From Desulfatiglandales bacterium (GTDB lineage: Bacteria; Desulfobacterota; DSM-4660; Desulfatiglandales; HGW-15), in contig CAXXJJ010000001.1 in the NCBI GenBank assembly GCA_963667015.2, positions 2,656,001 through 2,720,000 of the forward strand: a stretch of DNA of 64,000 nt, read 5' to 3'. Below are positions 10,469 through 18,960 of the stretch, one piece after another. Positions within the stretch are counted from its first letter, which is position 1. Every line of letters begins with the position of its first letter. The notes beneath the pieces are model-generated. The model did no database searches and was not told the DNA's origin. It saw only the letters and a program-made list of their open reading frames with translations. A program made the translations under genes and the position numbers.

Positions 10469-12532
10469 TTAAAATGACCAGGTGAGACCTGCCTTGAAGT
10501 TCCGCTTTGCCATGGGGTATCCACCCACCCATTCGTAGCCCTTATTGGTCAGGTTATATGCCCCTGCATTAAAGCTAAGGCTCTCTGACAGTTCATACCC
10601 GAGTGTCATGTCAAAGAAGTTAAACGCCTTTTTTTCGACAAGTTCACCACTGCTGGTATTCTGTTCCGGCCCTATCCAGACGTGAGATAATGAAACGGCT
10701 GCTTTTTGGTATTTGAAATCAAGGTTTGATTTTACTTCGTAATCTGAGATGTTTGTAAGATCCTTGTTTTCTATTTCGTCTTTGTATTTAATGTTAAAGG
10801 CAATATTTGAGGAAAAGATCAGGCTGAAAGGCATTTTAAAAGTATTTCCAATATTCCAGGTGGTAGAAAGTTCAATGCCCTGCATTTCTGCCTTGCCGAG
10901 ATTTTCCCAGGTGCTCCACTCCTTTTCATCGTATTCAATCGATTCACTGGCAGTGACAATCTTGTCCTTATAATCTGTCAGAAAATATGTGGCGCCGAAT
11001 TTAACCAGCTCAGAATCAAAATCGAACCCGGTTTCGTAGGTTATAGAAGTCTCGGGCTCAAGGTCCGGATTACCCAGGTATCGTCTTTCCCTGCTGCCGG
11101 ATGTATATTCGTATTCGGCCGTTAGCTGGAACGCTGACGGCGACTTGAAAGCCTGGCCGATGTTGCCTCTTACCCTTAAAAAGTCGTTGAATTTATAGAC
11201 AATCCCTGCGCGCGGCGAGATATGATCAAAGTCCCTCGTCAACTCATTGAAGCTCAGGTATAAATCATCTTTTGGCCTTATGGTAGTAAGTTCAAATTTG
11301 TCATATCTTGCTCCAAGAACTAAATTCAAGCGTCCGTTTAAAAAATCCAGAGCATCCTGACCATAAAAACTGGTGGTTTTATATTCCATCGCAGGTGTTA
11401 TATTGCGCTTGGGCTCTCCATTGCGTAGCCCCTCAGATTCCTTTGACAGGCTTTCATAGGTGCCTCCCAGCACCATCTTATTATTGGGGCTGATCTGAAG
11501 GGTGAATTGCTGGTCCATACCAAAGGTTTCATCCTCATACATTGTGGCATCATCCTCAACAGCTTCTAAAGTTGGATCGCCGGAATACCATTTATTGCTG
11601 TCCCAGAGGTAATAACCAAGGGCCTTCCAGGAAAGTTTGCCTTCCATAAACAATGTATTATATTCGATGTCAGCATGCCCCCTGCTCTTATCGGCATAGG
11701 ATGCATCATTGGGATCATAGGTGGTGTATGTGCCTGTGTCTGCCCAGCTTGCATAATGTCCCATTAAATCGGTATAGTCGAAACCAACGCGGATTTCCTG
11801 ATCCCCGCCGGGATAGAAGAGCAGGTTTCCACCTATGTACTTATGACGTTCATTGCTGTTAAAAATCTTTCCATAGTCCTTGGTATCTATATCATCCGTT
11901 GCCTCGTAACTCGCAGCAATCTGATATCCAAACCAGTCATTAACGCCGCCGCCGCTTGAGACCGATGTCTTATTATATCCAAAGCTCCCTCCTTCCTGTT
12001 TGAGGGTCGATTTGATTTTATCTATTCCTTTTTTGGTTATAACGTTGATTACACCGCCCATTGCCGCAGCGCCGTACAGTGCCGAGGCAGGGCCCTTGAT
12101 AATTTCTATCCTCTCAATCATATCCGGCAAAAGCTTGGCCATATTCCCTGTACCAATCCTGTGTCCATCCATCAGAATAAGTACCTCTCCCTTGATGTCA
12201 TCTCCGTGTGTCTCGGTCTGAAATCCCCGCATGCCAACTGGCTGCAACATCCCCTGATAACGATGGTAATGGCCGGTGACCTGTTTCCCAATAATATCAC
12301 CGACAGTCATTGACCCGGACTCCTTGATCTCCTCTTCGGTAATGACCTGTACACGTATCGGTATATCTTCGACTTTTTCTTCGGTTCTTGTTGCAGTGAC
12401 AACTACCGCATCTAATTTAACTACCTCTTTTTTCCCTTCCTCTTTTTCTTCTTTGGCGAATGTGTCTGGAATAATGGCCAAAAGGGTCAGGCCGATGTAA
12501 AATACAGTAGTCAGTAGCATTCGTTTTTTCAT
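10469..12532 (-). CDS. TonB-dependent outer membrane receptor
   Basis: Signal peptide, TonB box DAVVVTATR, plug motif IERIEIIKGPASALYG, GNPDLEPE, C-terminal Phe. Confidence 0.93.
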   Translation of the reverse strand: MKKRMLLTTVFYIGLTLLAIIPDTFAKEEKEEGKKEVVKLDAVVVTATRTEEKVEDIPIRVQVITEEEIKESGSMTVGDIIGKQVTGHYHRYQGMLQPVGMRGFQTETHGDDIKGEVLILMDGHRIGTGNMAKLLPDMIERIEIIKGPASALYGAAAMGGVINVITKKGIDKIKSTLKQEGGSFGYNKTSVSSGGGVNDWFGYQIAASYEATDDIDTKDYGKIFNSNERHKYIGGNLLFYPGGDQEIRVGFDYTDLMGHYASWADTGTYTTYDPNDASYADKSRGHADIEYNTLFMEGKLSWKALGYYLWDSNKWYSGDPTLEAVEDDATMYEDETFGMDQQFTLQISPNNKMVLGGTYESLSKESEGLRNGEPKRNITPAMEYKTTSFYGQDALDFLNGRLNLVLGARYDKFELTTIRPKDDLYLSFNELTRDFDHISPRAGIVYKFNDFLRVRGNIGQAFKSPSAFQLTAEYEYTSGSRERRYLGNPDLEPETSITYETGFDFDSELVKFGATYFLTDYKDKIVTASESIEYDEKEWSTWENLGKAEMQGIELSTTWNIGNTFKMPFSLIFSSNIAFNIKYKDEIENKDLTNISDYEVKSNLDFKYQKAAVSLSHVWIGPEQNTSSGELVEKKAFNFFDMTLGYELSESLSFNAGAYNLTNKGYEWVGGYPMAKRNFKAGLTWSF

Positions 12533-12570
12533 AATTTCTCCTTTTGCATTCCATTAGCGTTATTGGGCAT

Positions 12571-12621
12571 AAAAAAATCCCGGATCAAAATTAATTGATC
12601 CGGGATTTCCCTTTTTTATCC
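12571..12621 (-). terminator. Intrinsic terminator, second copy of riboswitch expression platform
   Basis: Minus strand GGATAAAAAAGGG-AAATCCCGGATCAA-ttaatt-TTGATCCGGGATTT-TTTT: long perfect stem plus U tract. Confidence 0.8.
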
Positions 12622-12676
12622 TTTAGATCTTTTCGTGTGATCTCTGGTTCTAAGTAATACGCCTGGCAATTCAGGC

Positions 12677-12727
12677 AAAAAAAAACCGGACCGAAAAATC
12701 GACCCGGGTATTTCCCTTTTTAAACCC
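12677..12727 (-). terminator. Intrinsic terminator, first copy of riboswitch expression platform
   Basis: Minus strand AAAAAGGGAAATAC-CCGGGTCGA-tttt-TCGGTCCGG-TTTTTTTTT: GC stem with G-U pair and one mismatch, followed by 9 T. Confidence 0.7.
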
Positions 12728-12771
12728 TAAGATTCACTGCATATTCTCTTTGCCGAGATGAATACACATAT

Positions 12772-12940
12772 ATATTCTGGCAGGTCTTCTGACTTACGGA
12801 TCATCCTACTTGCTGCGCCTTCCCGGTTGTTGATTAACCAGTGACTCATTGCAGCTTTCGTCCCCGAATACAGCGGCGGGCCCGTCTCCGAATTTTACGG
12901 AGTTCCCTTTTCAACTCTTTATGAGTACCATGAACATCAT
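12772..12940 (-). ncRNA. Cobalamin riboswitch
   Basis: Minus strand AAAAGGGAACTCCGTAAAATTCGGAG-ACGGGCCCGCCGCTGTA...GTCACTG...GGGAAGGC...AGTCAGAAGACCTGCC; upstream of TonB receptor. Confidence 0.93.
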
Positions 12941-12942
12941 AT

Positions 12943-12972
12943 AAAATACATAATGATGCGGTTGTATGTCAA
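12943..12972 (-). promoter_or_regulatory. Putative sigma70 promoter for riboswitch unit A
   Basis: Minus strand TTGACA-N18-TATTTT directly upstream of the aptamer; same TTGACA-N18-TATT layout recurs before the 32.2 kb riboswitch. Confidence 0.5.
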
Positions 12973-13073
12973 GTAGAATTACAGTTTAATGGTATAATTT
13001 ATTGGTAGTGATTCATCTTGACATAAAATATTATTACCGATATCCATCCGCTTAATTACCTAAAAGGGGCTTT

Positions 13074-13253
13074 ATATGCACATTTACCTTTGCAGAATCA
13101 TTGCCAGGCAGTTTTCATACAATGATGGGGCTTTCAATTGCAGATGCAATGGAAGTTGCCAAAAAATAAGGTGCTGATATAATAGGCCGTAACTGTGGGA
13201 ACGGCATTGAAGGGATGATCAAAATAGTCAGTGCTATTATAAACGCAGTGTAA
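13074..13253 (+). pseudogene. Remnant of a homocysteine S-methyltransferase (MetH N-terminal domain) gene
   Basis: Manual translation ICTFTFAESLPGSFHTMMGLSIADAMEVAKK*GADIIGRNCGNGIEGMIKIV...; TMMG and GADIIGxNCG are family hallmarks; in-frame TAA at 13167-13169, both ends missing. Confidence 0.75.
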
Positions 13254-13321
13254 AATGGCCACTTATGTCTTCTTTTAAACAGTGTCAGATACATTATATT
13301 CCTTATATGTGGAGCCCGATA

Positions 13322-13966
13322 ATGAACAAAAAAAATATACCGGAAGTAAAAGATATAAAAATATCAAAGTCCTGTCTTCGAAGAATTTCTGAATATTACA
13401 GGGCCCTGCGTCAGCTGAGTGAAGAAGGGGTGAGGAATATTACTTCCATGGAGTTAGCCGAAATAAACGGAGTATATCCTGCACTGGTAAGGAAAGATCT
13501 TTCATATTTTGGATGCTTTGGTCAGAGAGGTGTCGGCTATAATGTAGATAATCTCATGAGTGTGTTTGAAAAGATATTAGGGCTTACCAGGGAATGGAGG
13601 GTAGCAGTTATAGGTGCAGCCCAGTACAGCAGCAGTTTGATGATTTCATTGCCCTTTGAATCAAGAATCTACAAGGTAAGAAAGATATATGATAAAAATC
13701 CTGAAAACATAAAGGGAGTTCCGGAAAATGTCGAGGTATTTCATATTGACAGCCTTGAGACTACCCTTGATCCGGAGCTGGATAATATTGTTATTATTGC
13801 CCTTCCTCCTGATGAAATTCAGGGCATTATAGACAGGCTGGGCAGGATAGGAATAAAGGCTGTGCTCTATATGGCATCCAAAACAGTTAATGTTCCGGAT
13901 GGGATGGTTGTAATGAATCAGGATATTAAAATAGAACTCGGGATGCTGACCTACCGGTTGATATAA
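13322..13966 (+). CDS. rex: Redox-sensing transcriptional repressor Rex family protein (divergent)
   Basis: RRISEYYRAL, ITSMELA, VRKDLSYFGCFGQRGVGYNV wHTH motifs; start placed at MNKKN rather than ORF-track 13265. Confidence 0.82.
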   Translation: MNKKNIPEVKDIKISKSCLRRISEYYRALRQLSEEGVRNITSMELAEINGVYPALVRKDLSYFGCFGQRGVGYNVDNLMSVFEKILGLTREWRVAVIGAAQYSSSLMISLPFESRIYKVRKIYDKNPENIKGVPENVEVFHIDSLETTLDPELDNIVIIALPPDEIQGIIDRLGRIGIKAVLYMASKTVNVPDGMVVMNQDIKIELGMLTYRLI

Positions 13967-13989
13967 AAAGGGCAGGCAGACCTGCCCTG
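13965..13989. terminator. Hairpin between convergent genes
   Basis: AGGGCAGG-caga-CCTGCCCT preceded by an A run (U tract on the minus strand). Confidence 0.6.
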
Positions 13990-14003
13990 TAAGAATAAAG
14001 TAG

Positions 14004-14195
14004 TTACGCTACGGCTACCAGCACAAGTCCTGTGCTGTTTTCAAGGGATTTAATCTTTGCCAGTTGATCTTCTGATAGATCAGTTAGTTTTAAATCCTGG
14101 CCTGAAAAGGCAATCATGGTTTTACCAATTTCACTTTCCAGTGCCTTGATTTTATACAGTTTGTCATTTCCAAGGTTTGCCATGCTGTATAACAT
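14004..14195 (-). CDS. Small hypothetical protein with internal duplication
   Basis: 63 aa, RBS GGGAGGG; two repeats L-x-x-D-[KQ]-L-x-KIK-x-LE-x3-G-x2-[ML]-[IV]-A. Confidence 0.7.
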   Translation of the reverse strand: MLYSMANLGNDKLYKIKALESEIGKTMIAFSGQDLKLTDLSEDQLAKIKSLENSTGLVLVAVA

Positions 14196-14310
14196 AATAT
14201 CCCTCCCATTTTAAAGGTTTTTTGAATAATGTTGAGCAATGAATGAGAGGTATTATACCAGATCCTGTATTATTAGCCAATAAGTATAAAATTGGTGTAA
14301 TAACAGATGG

Positions 14311-15627
14311 TTAGGGTAGTGAGGAGGCAAGGTGCAGATGCACATATGAGGCTACTGTATTTTTTACCCTGTATGCTTTTGCTTTTTCCGCGGGTGTTCC
14401 ACTGTAGATTTGCTGAATATCTGCATTATTATCCATTACCATTTCCGAATAATGAAAACAGTGCCCTCTCAGTTTTTTACCCATTTTTATAAACAAAAAA
14501 TCATCCAGGGGCGAAACTTCGGTATAACCAAGGGACTGAAATCTTGATTTCATAACCGTCCTGAACGGAAGACATCCGCACATGGAAAAGCTTTTTTCGT
14601 CACTGGTTGTTATGGATTTCCCAAGATACATGAGCCCGCCGCATTCTCCGTAAATAAAAGCTCCATTTTCACTTAGTTTTTTTACAGAATTTCTCATGTC
14701 AGTATTTTTTGAGAGTGTATCTGCATACAGTTCAGGGTATCCGCCGCCAAAATAGATGGCATCGATATCTCTTGGAAGAGCCCTGTCGTTAAGAGGACTG
14801 AAAAAAACGGTCTCGTAACCGAGTTGTTTCAAAATATCCATATTGTCATCATAGTAAAAACAGAATGCATTGTCCCTCGCTACTGCCATCCGTGCTTTTG
14901 TTTTTCCAGGAGGATTATCAAACAGTGATCGTTCTCTGATATCAACTTCTGCAACAGTGAGAAGTTTATCCAGGTCAACATGTCGGGATATGATTTCCGC
15001 AAGCCTGTCTATTTTGTTTTCCAGTACACCATCTTCTCCCATAAAAAGGCCGAGATGACGGGAGGGGAGGGTGATATCTTTTACAGTGGGGATGCCTCCC
15101 AGTAAAGGAACAGAACAATATACTGATATTGATTTATTCAGGATCTCCAGGTGTTTTGGGCTTCCAATATTATTCAGGATGATGCCCTTGATATTAACTC
15201 TTTTATCAAACTCTACCAGACCGTTTATTATTGCTGCTGCAGTTCTTGCCATTGATTTTGCATTAAGTACAAGTATAACCGGTACATTGAGTTCCGCAGC
15301 AAGCTCTGCAGTCGAGCCCTGAGGGGAATCGGGTTCTCTTCCGTCATGGAGCCCCATAACACCTTCTATTATGGAAATATCTGCACTGCCGGCACGTGAT
15401 TCAAAGGAGCGGGATAGAAAATCAGAAGGCATCATCCATGTATCAAGGTTTATTGATGGTCTGCCCGTTACTATCCTGTGAAGGCTCGGGTCTATATAAT
15501 CGGGACCAGCCTTAAATCCCTGCACATTATGGCCCTGATTTTTTAGAGCCGCCATAAGCCCCAGAGTAACAGTTGTTTTACCAGTCCCGCTTCCTGCTCC
15601 GGCAATAAGAATGGACTTTGTCTTCAT
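14311..15627 (-). CDS. cbiA: Cobyrinate a,c-diamide synthase
   Basis: SGTGKTT, FKAGPDYIDP, EGVMGL, GGGYPE, GECGGLMYL, SYVHLH. Confidence 0.95.
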   Translation of the reverse strand: MKTKSILIAGAGSGTGKTTVTLGLMAALKNQGHNVQGFKAGPDYIDPSLHRIVTGRPSINLDTWMMPSDFLSRSFESRAGSADISIIEGVMGLHDGREPDSPQGSTAELAAELNVPVILVLNAKSMARTAAAIINGLVEFDKRVNIKGIILNNIGSPKHLEILNKSISVYCSVPLLGGIPTVKDITLPSRHLGLFMGEDGVLENKIDRLAEIISRHVDLDKLLTVAEVDIRERSLFDNPPGKTKARMAVARDNAFCFYYDDNMDILKQLGYETVFFSPLNDRALPRDIDAIYFGGGYPELYADTLSKNTDMRNSVKKLSENGAFIYGECGGLMYLGKSITTSDEKSFSMCGCLPFRTVMKSRFQSLGYTEVSPLDDFLFIKMGKKLRGHCFHYSEMVMDNNADIQQIYSGTPAEKAKAYRVKNTVASYVHLHLASSLP

Positions 15628-15629
15628 CT

Positions 15630-16391
15630 TTAACCGGCCTTTGTCTCTTTTCTTTCGTATCCGCGTCTTGTAACCATTTTACCATTAATGATCTGGGTAT
15701 CACTGTTTCCAATAACCAGAATGGAATTCATATCCATTTCGGCTTCCATGTAATTATCCAGGGTTCTTATCTCCTGCTTCTGTCCTTTCCTCAGGGCATG
15801 TGTAACAACTCCCACAGGTGTTGTGTTTTCTCTGTGTTTTAGAAACTCCAGATGCAGGAATTCTATTAATTCCTTTCTTTTTTTACTTACAGGATTATAA
15901 ATTACCGTAACCATATCTGATTGAGCCGCAACGGATATTCTTTTTTTAACCGTTTCAGTTGGGGTCAACAGGTTTGAGAGACTGATGGTTATAAAATCAT
16001 TTGAAAGGGGTGACCCAAGGAGAGAGCCCGCTGCAATACCTGCTGTAACGCCCGGTGATACTTCAACCTCCACATCAATTCCTGTCAATTCCATACGCTC
16101 ATACACCAGCCCTGCCATACCGTATATACCTGAATCACCTGAACACACAAGGGATACTGTTTTCCCGACAGAGGCAGCTTCGATTGCCCTGTCAACTCTT
16201 TCAATTTCTTTTGTCATGCCCGTGCTTATTATTTCTTTGTTGATGGCAAAGGGTGCAATAAGCTCAATATAATTTTTATAACCTGCTATAACGTCACTTG
16301 TTTCGAGAAGATGACGTGTATGCACTGTCATATAGTTAATATTTCCCGGTCCAATGCCTAGGACAAAAAGTTTTCCTTTATTATCTGTCAT
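15630..16391 (-). CDS. cbiH: Cobalt-precorrin-3B C17-methyltransferase
   Basis: GIGPG, SGDSGIYGMAG, ISLSNLLTP, YNPVSKKR, TRRGY. Confidence 0.92.
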   Translation of the reverse strand: MTDNKGKLFVLGIGPGNINYMTVHTRHLLETSDVIAGYKNYIELIAPFAINKEIISTGMTKEIERVDRAIEAASVGKTVSLVCSGDSGIYGMAGLVYERMELTGIDVEVEVSPGVTAGIAAGSLLGSPLSNDFITISLSNLLTPTETVKKRISVAAQSDMVTVIYNPVSKKRKELIEFLHLEFLKHRENTTPVGVVTHALRKGQKQEIRTLDNYMEAEMDMNSILVIGNSDTQIINGKMVTRRGYERKETKAG

Positions 16392-16392
16392 T

Positions 16393-17481
16393 TTAATAAT
16401 CCATTTTCTTTCGTGCGATAGCCAGTGTCATATTTCCTGACTTTATTTTGTTTGTTATAAGTCCTGAGCCTTTTCCAGCGCATAACAGCGCAGCAGGCTC
16501 TGCAACTCCGTATGCCCCGACATATTTATAAACATGCTCAGAGGGTTTCGACATACCCGTATATTCAACGCTGTTCAGTTCTTCCGCGCTGTAATATATT
16601 AATTCGCAGTTAATTGATTCACAATAGGCCACAAGGCCCGGTTCATCCTTTTTTTTGTCTATAGTAGCCACATCTGCAATTGATAGAGGTGAGATGGCCT
16701 TTTGATCCAGAACCCTTTCTACAGTAGAGGCAATCTCATCTTTGCCTGTGCTGCTGTTGCACCCTATGCCCAGTACAATGTTTGGCGGCCTTATAAACAG
16801 GACCTTTTTTAAAACATCCGGCGGTATACTGAATTGCTTTTCAGAGACAATGCATATGGCAGAATATTCATTTGGGTTGACATCTATAATATGATTATAG
16901 TGATCGGGCCTGTAGTCTGCTTTTCCATAATATATGTTAAATAAATCAGTATCAGAAATAAATGCGACAGGTTCGTTCTTCAGCATGGCTGAAGATACAG
17001 TCTTTATCATTTCCCTGCTTTCAACCTTTGCCCCAATTTCCATTGCAATCGTATCAACAGCAGTAATATTGTTTATATCTGTTGCAGTGGTAATAACCGG
17101 ATGCCCATTCAGTATATCTGCCAGTTGAAGTGTAAGGGCATTTGCACCTCCCATGTGCCCTGATAAGAGGCTTATTATATTTTTCCCCATCTCATCCATA
17201 ACTACTATAGCCGGATCAATTGTTTTATTTTTAATAAGAGTGCATATACTGCGTATGACAATTCCCGCAGCCATAATGAATACATGGGCTTTGTAATTAT
17301 GAAATTCTGTCCGGACGCAGGCGCTGAAATTATCATACCCGCTGATACGAGGATTATCATATGTCTCTTTTAAAGATACCGGTGTAAAAATGTTTTTTAC
17401 ACCCGTCATACCCCTGATCTTGAGTGCAGTTCTCAAGCCTCTCTCATTCAGTGCCCATATTGCTATTGATTGTTTGTCCAT
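16393..17481 (-). CDS. cbiG: Cobalt-precorrin-5A hydrolase
   Basis: MAAGIVIR, DPAIVVMD, LSGHMGGAN, ITTATD, GIGC, GVAEPAAL. Confidence 0.93.
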   Translation of the reverse strand: MDKQSIAIWALNERGLRTALKIRGMTGVKNIFTPVSLKETYDNPRISGYDNFSACVRTEFHNYKAHVFIMAAGIVIRSICTLIKNKTIDPAIVVMDEMGKNIISLLSGHMGGANALTLQLADILNGHPVITTATDINNITAVDTIAMEIGAKVESREMIKTVSSAMLKNEPVAFISDTDLFNIYYGKADYRPDHYNHIIDVNPNEYSAICIVSEKQFSIPPDVLKKVLFIRPPNIVLGIGCNSSTGKDEIASTVERVLDQKAISPLSIADVATIDKKKDEPGLVAYCESINCELIYYSAEELNSVEYTGMSKPSEHVYKYVGAYGVAEPAALLCAGKGSGLITNKIKSGNMTLAIARKKMDY

Positions 17482-18251
17482 CCTGTTGCTTCCCTTTTAT
17501 CTGCACCATAAAGAATGGACCTGCTACCAGTTTTCGTTTTATTGTCAAAGACATCTCCTACCAGTATCAGTGCCTGCCGTTTAAGATTATTTTCCTTTAT
17601 TTGATCAGCAATATGTTCAATTGTTGTATGGAATAATTTCTGATCCGGCCATCCGACGCGATAGGCTATAACCGCAGGTGTGTCCGCAGGATATGTCTTT
17701 GACAGTTTCTCGACAACCGCTTCAGACCTGTGAGTGCTCAGAAAGATAACCATGGTGGCCTGGTGTTCCGCCAGTTTTTCAAGGTCTTCTTTTTCCGGCA
17801 CAGGTGTCTCACCCTGAATCCGTGTAAAAATAGCGGTCTGGGTTATATTCGGGAATGTGAACTCGGTTTTTAAGGCTGCGGCCGCTGCCATGGCCGATGA
17901 TATGCCCGGTATTACTTCATATTCTATATTGTCCCTGTCAAGAAGGGCCATCTGTTCACTTGTTGCGCCATACATGGATGGGTCTCCGGTATGTATTCGT
18001 GCGACATTTTTCCCGTCCTTAATTGCCTTTACAATAAGATCATGAGTTTCTTCAAGCGTCAGGTCCGCGCTGCTGTGAATATCTTTGGAAGATAGATCTG
18101 TATGCGGCATGAACACGCTGTCAGGGACCAGGGAGCCGGCATAGATAATTAACCCAGCTTTACTGATTCTATTAATAGCTTTCAGTGTAATCAGTTCCGG
18201 GTCCCCCGGGCCGGCCCCTATAAAACTTACTATAGACATTTTATTCTCCAT
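17463..18251 (-). CDS. cbiF: Cobalt-precorrin-4 C11-methyltransferase
   Basis: GAGPGDPELIT, YAGSLV, RIHTGDPSMYGA, GWPDQ. Confidence 0.94.
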   Translation of the reverse strand: MENKMSIVSFIGAGPGDPELITLKAINRISKAGLIIYAGSLVPDSVFMPHTDLSSKDIHSSADLTLEETHDLIVKAIKDGKNVARIHTGDPSMYGATSEQMALLDRDNIEYEVIPGISSAMAAAAALKTEFTFPNITQTAIFTRIQGETPVPEKEDLEKLAEHQATMVIFLSTHRSEAVVEKLSKTYPADTPAVIAYRVGWPDQKLFHTTIEHIADQIKENNLKRQALILVGDVFDNKTKTGSRSILYGADKREATGWTNNQ

Positions 18252-18960
18252 ATTTTTTTTTAATTAAAACCGTACTCATATAGTGCGGCTTGTAATCCTG
18301 TGGTATATCCGAGATCCGGAATACCTTTTCTTCGCTGGTAGATGCTCTTTCAACAATATAGGATGTCTCTGATAAACCCTTTTTATCAAGCAATGCCCTG
18401 ATGGGTCCTATGCTGCTGTGGGCCTTCATAAGTACAACTGTTTCAAATATATCAATATAGGTTTCTATGTTATCTATTGCATAAGTCGCTGGAATTACAG
18501 CAAGCTTTTCTTCGGAATAGACCATGGGGATACCTGATGCTGATGCAGTTGCGTTTATGGAACTAACTCCAGGAATAAAGTGGATATCAATGTCCCTGTT
18601 TCCCATTGACACAAACAGATTGCCTGCTGTTGAGTAAATTGTAGAACAGCCGACAGTTATGAATACTCCTGTTTCACCTTCTGCCAGTTCATTGTCTATT
18701 ATCTCGGCAGAAGGTTCTGCTGCTGATATTATTTTATCAGCCCCTTTTACCATGGGGAAATGCAGAAAATGCACCCGTTTTTTCTTTAGATCTATAATGT
18801 CGCCAACAATTTTCATGGCAATGGAATCATCGGATGATTTTTTACCTGCCGGGAAAAAGAGGACATCACATTCTTGTATGAGTCTTACAGCCTTTAAGGT
18901 CAAAAGTTCAGGGTCTCCAGGACCAATACCAATAAAGTACAAATTGCGTTTATTTTTCAT
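18241..18960 (-). CDS. cbiL: Cobalt-factor II C20-methyltransferase
   Basis: GIGPGDPELLTLKA, FPM, IYST, PGVSS, VLMK, YMST. Confidence 0.9.
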   Translation of the reverse strand: MKNKRNLYFIGIGPGDPELLTLKAVRLIQECDVLFFPAGKKSSDDSIAMKIVGDIIDLKKKRVHFLHFPMVKGADKIISAAEPSAEIIDNELAEGETGVFITVGCSTIYSTAGNLFVSMGNRDIDIHFIPGVSSINATASASGIPMVYSEEKLAVIPATYAIDNIETYIDIFETVVLMKAHSSIGPIRALLDKKGLSETSYIVERASTSEEKVFRISDIPQDYKPHYMSTVLIKKKYGE

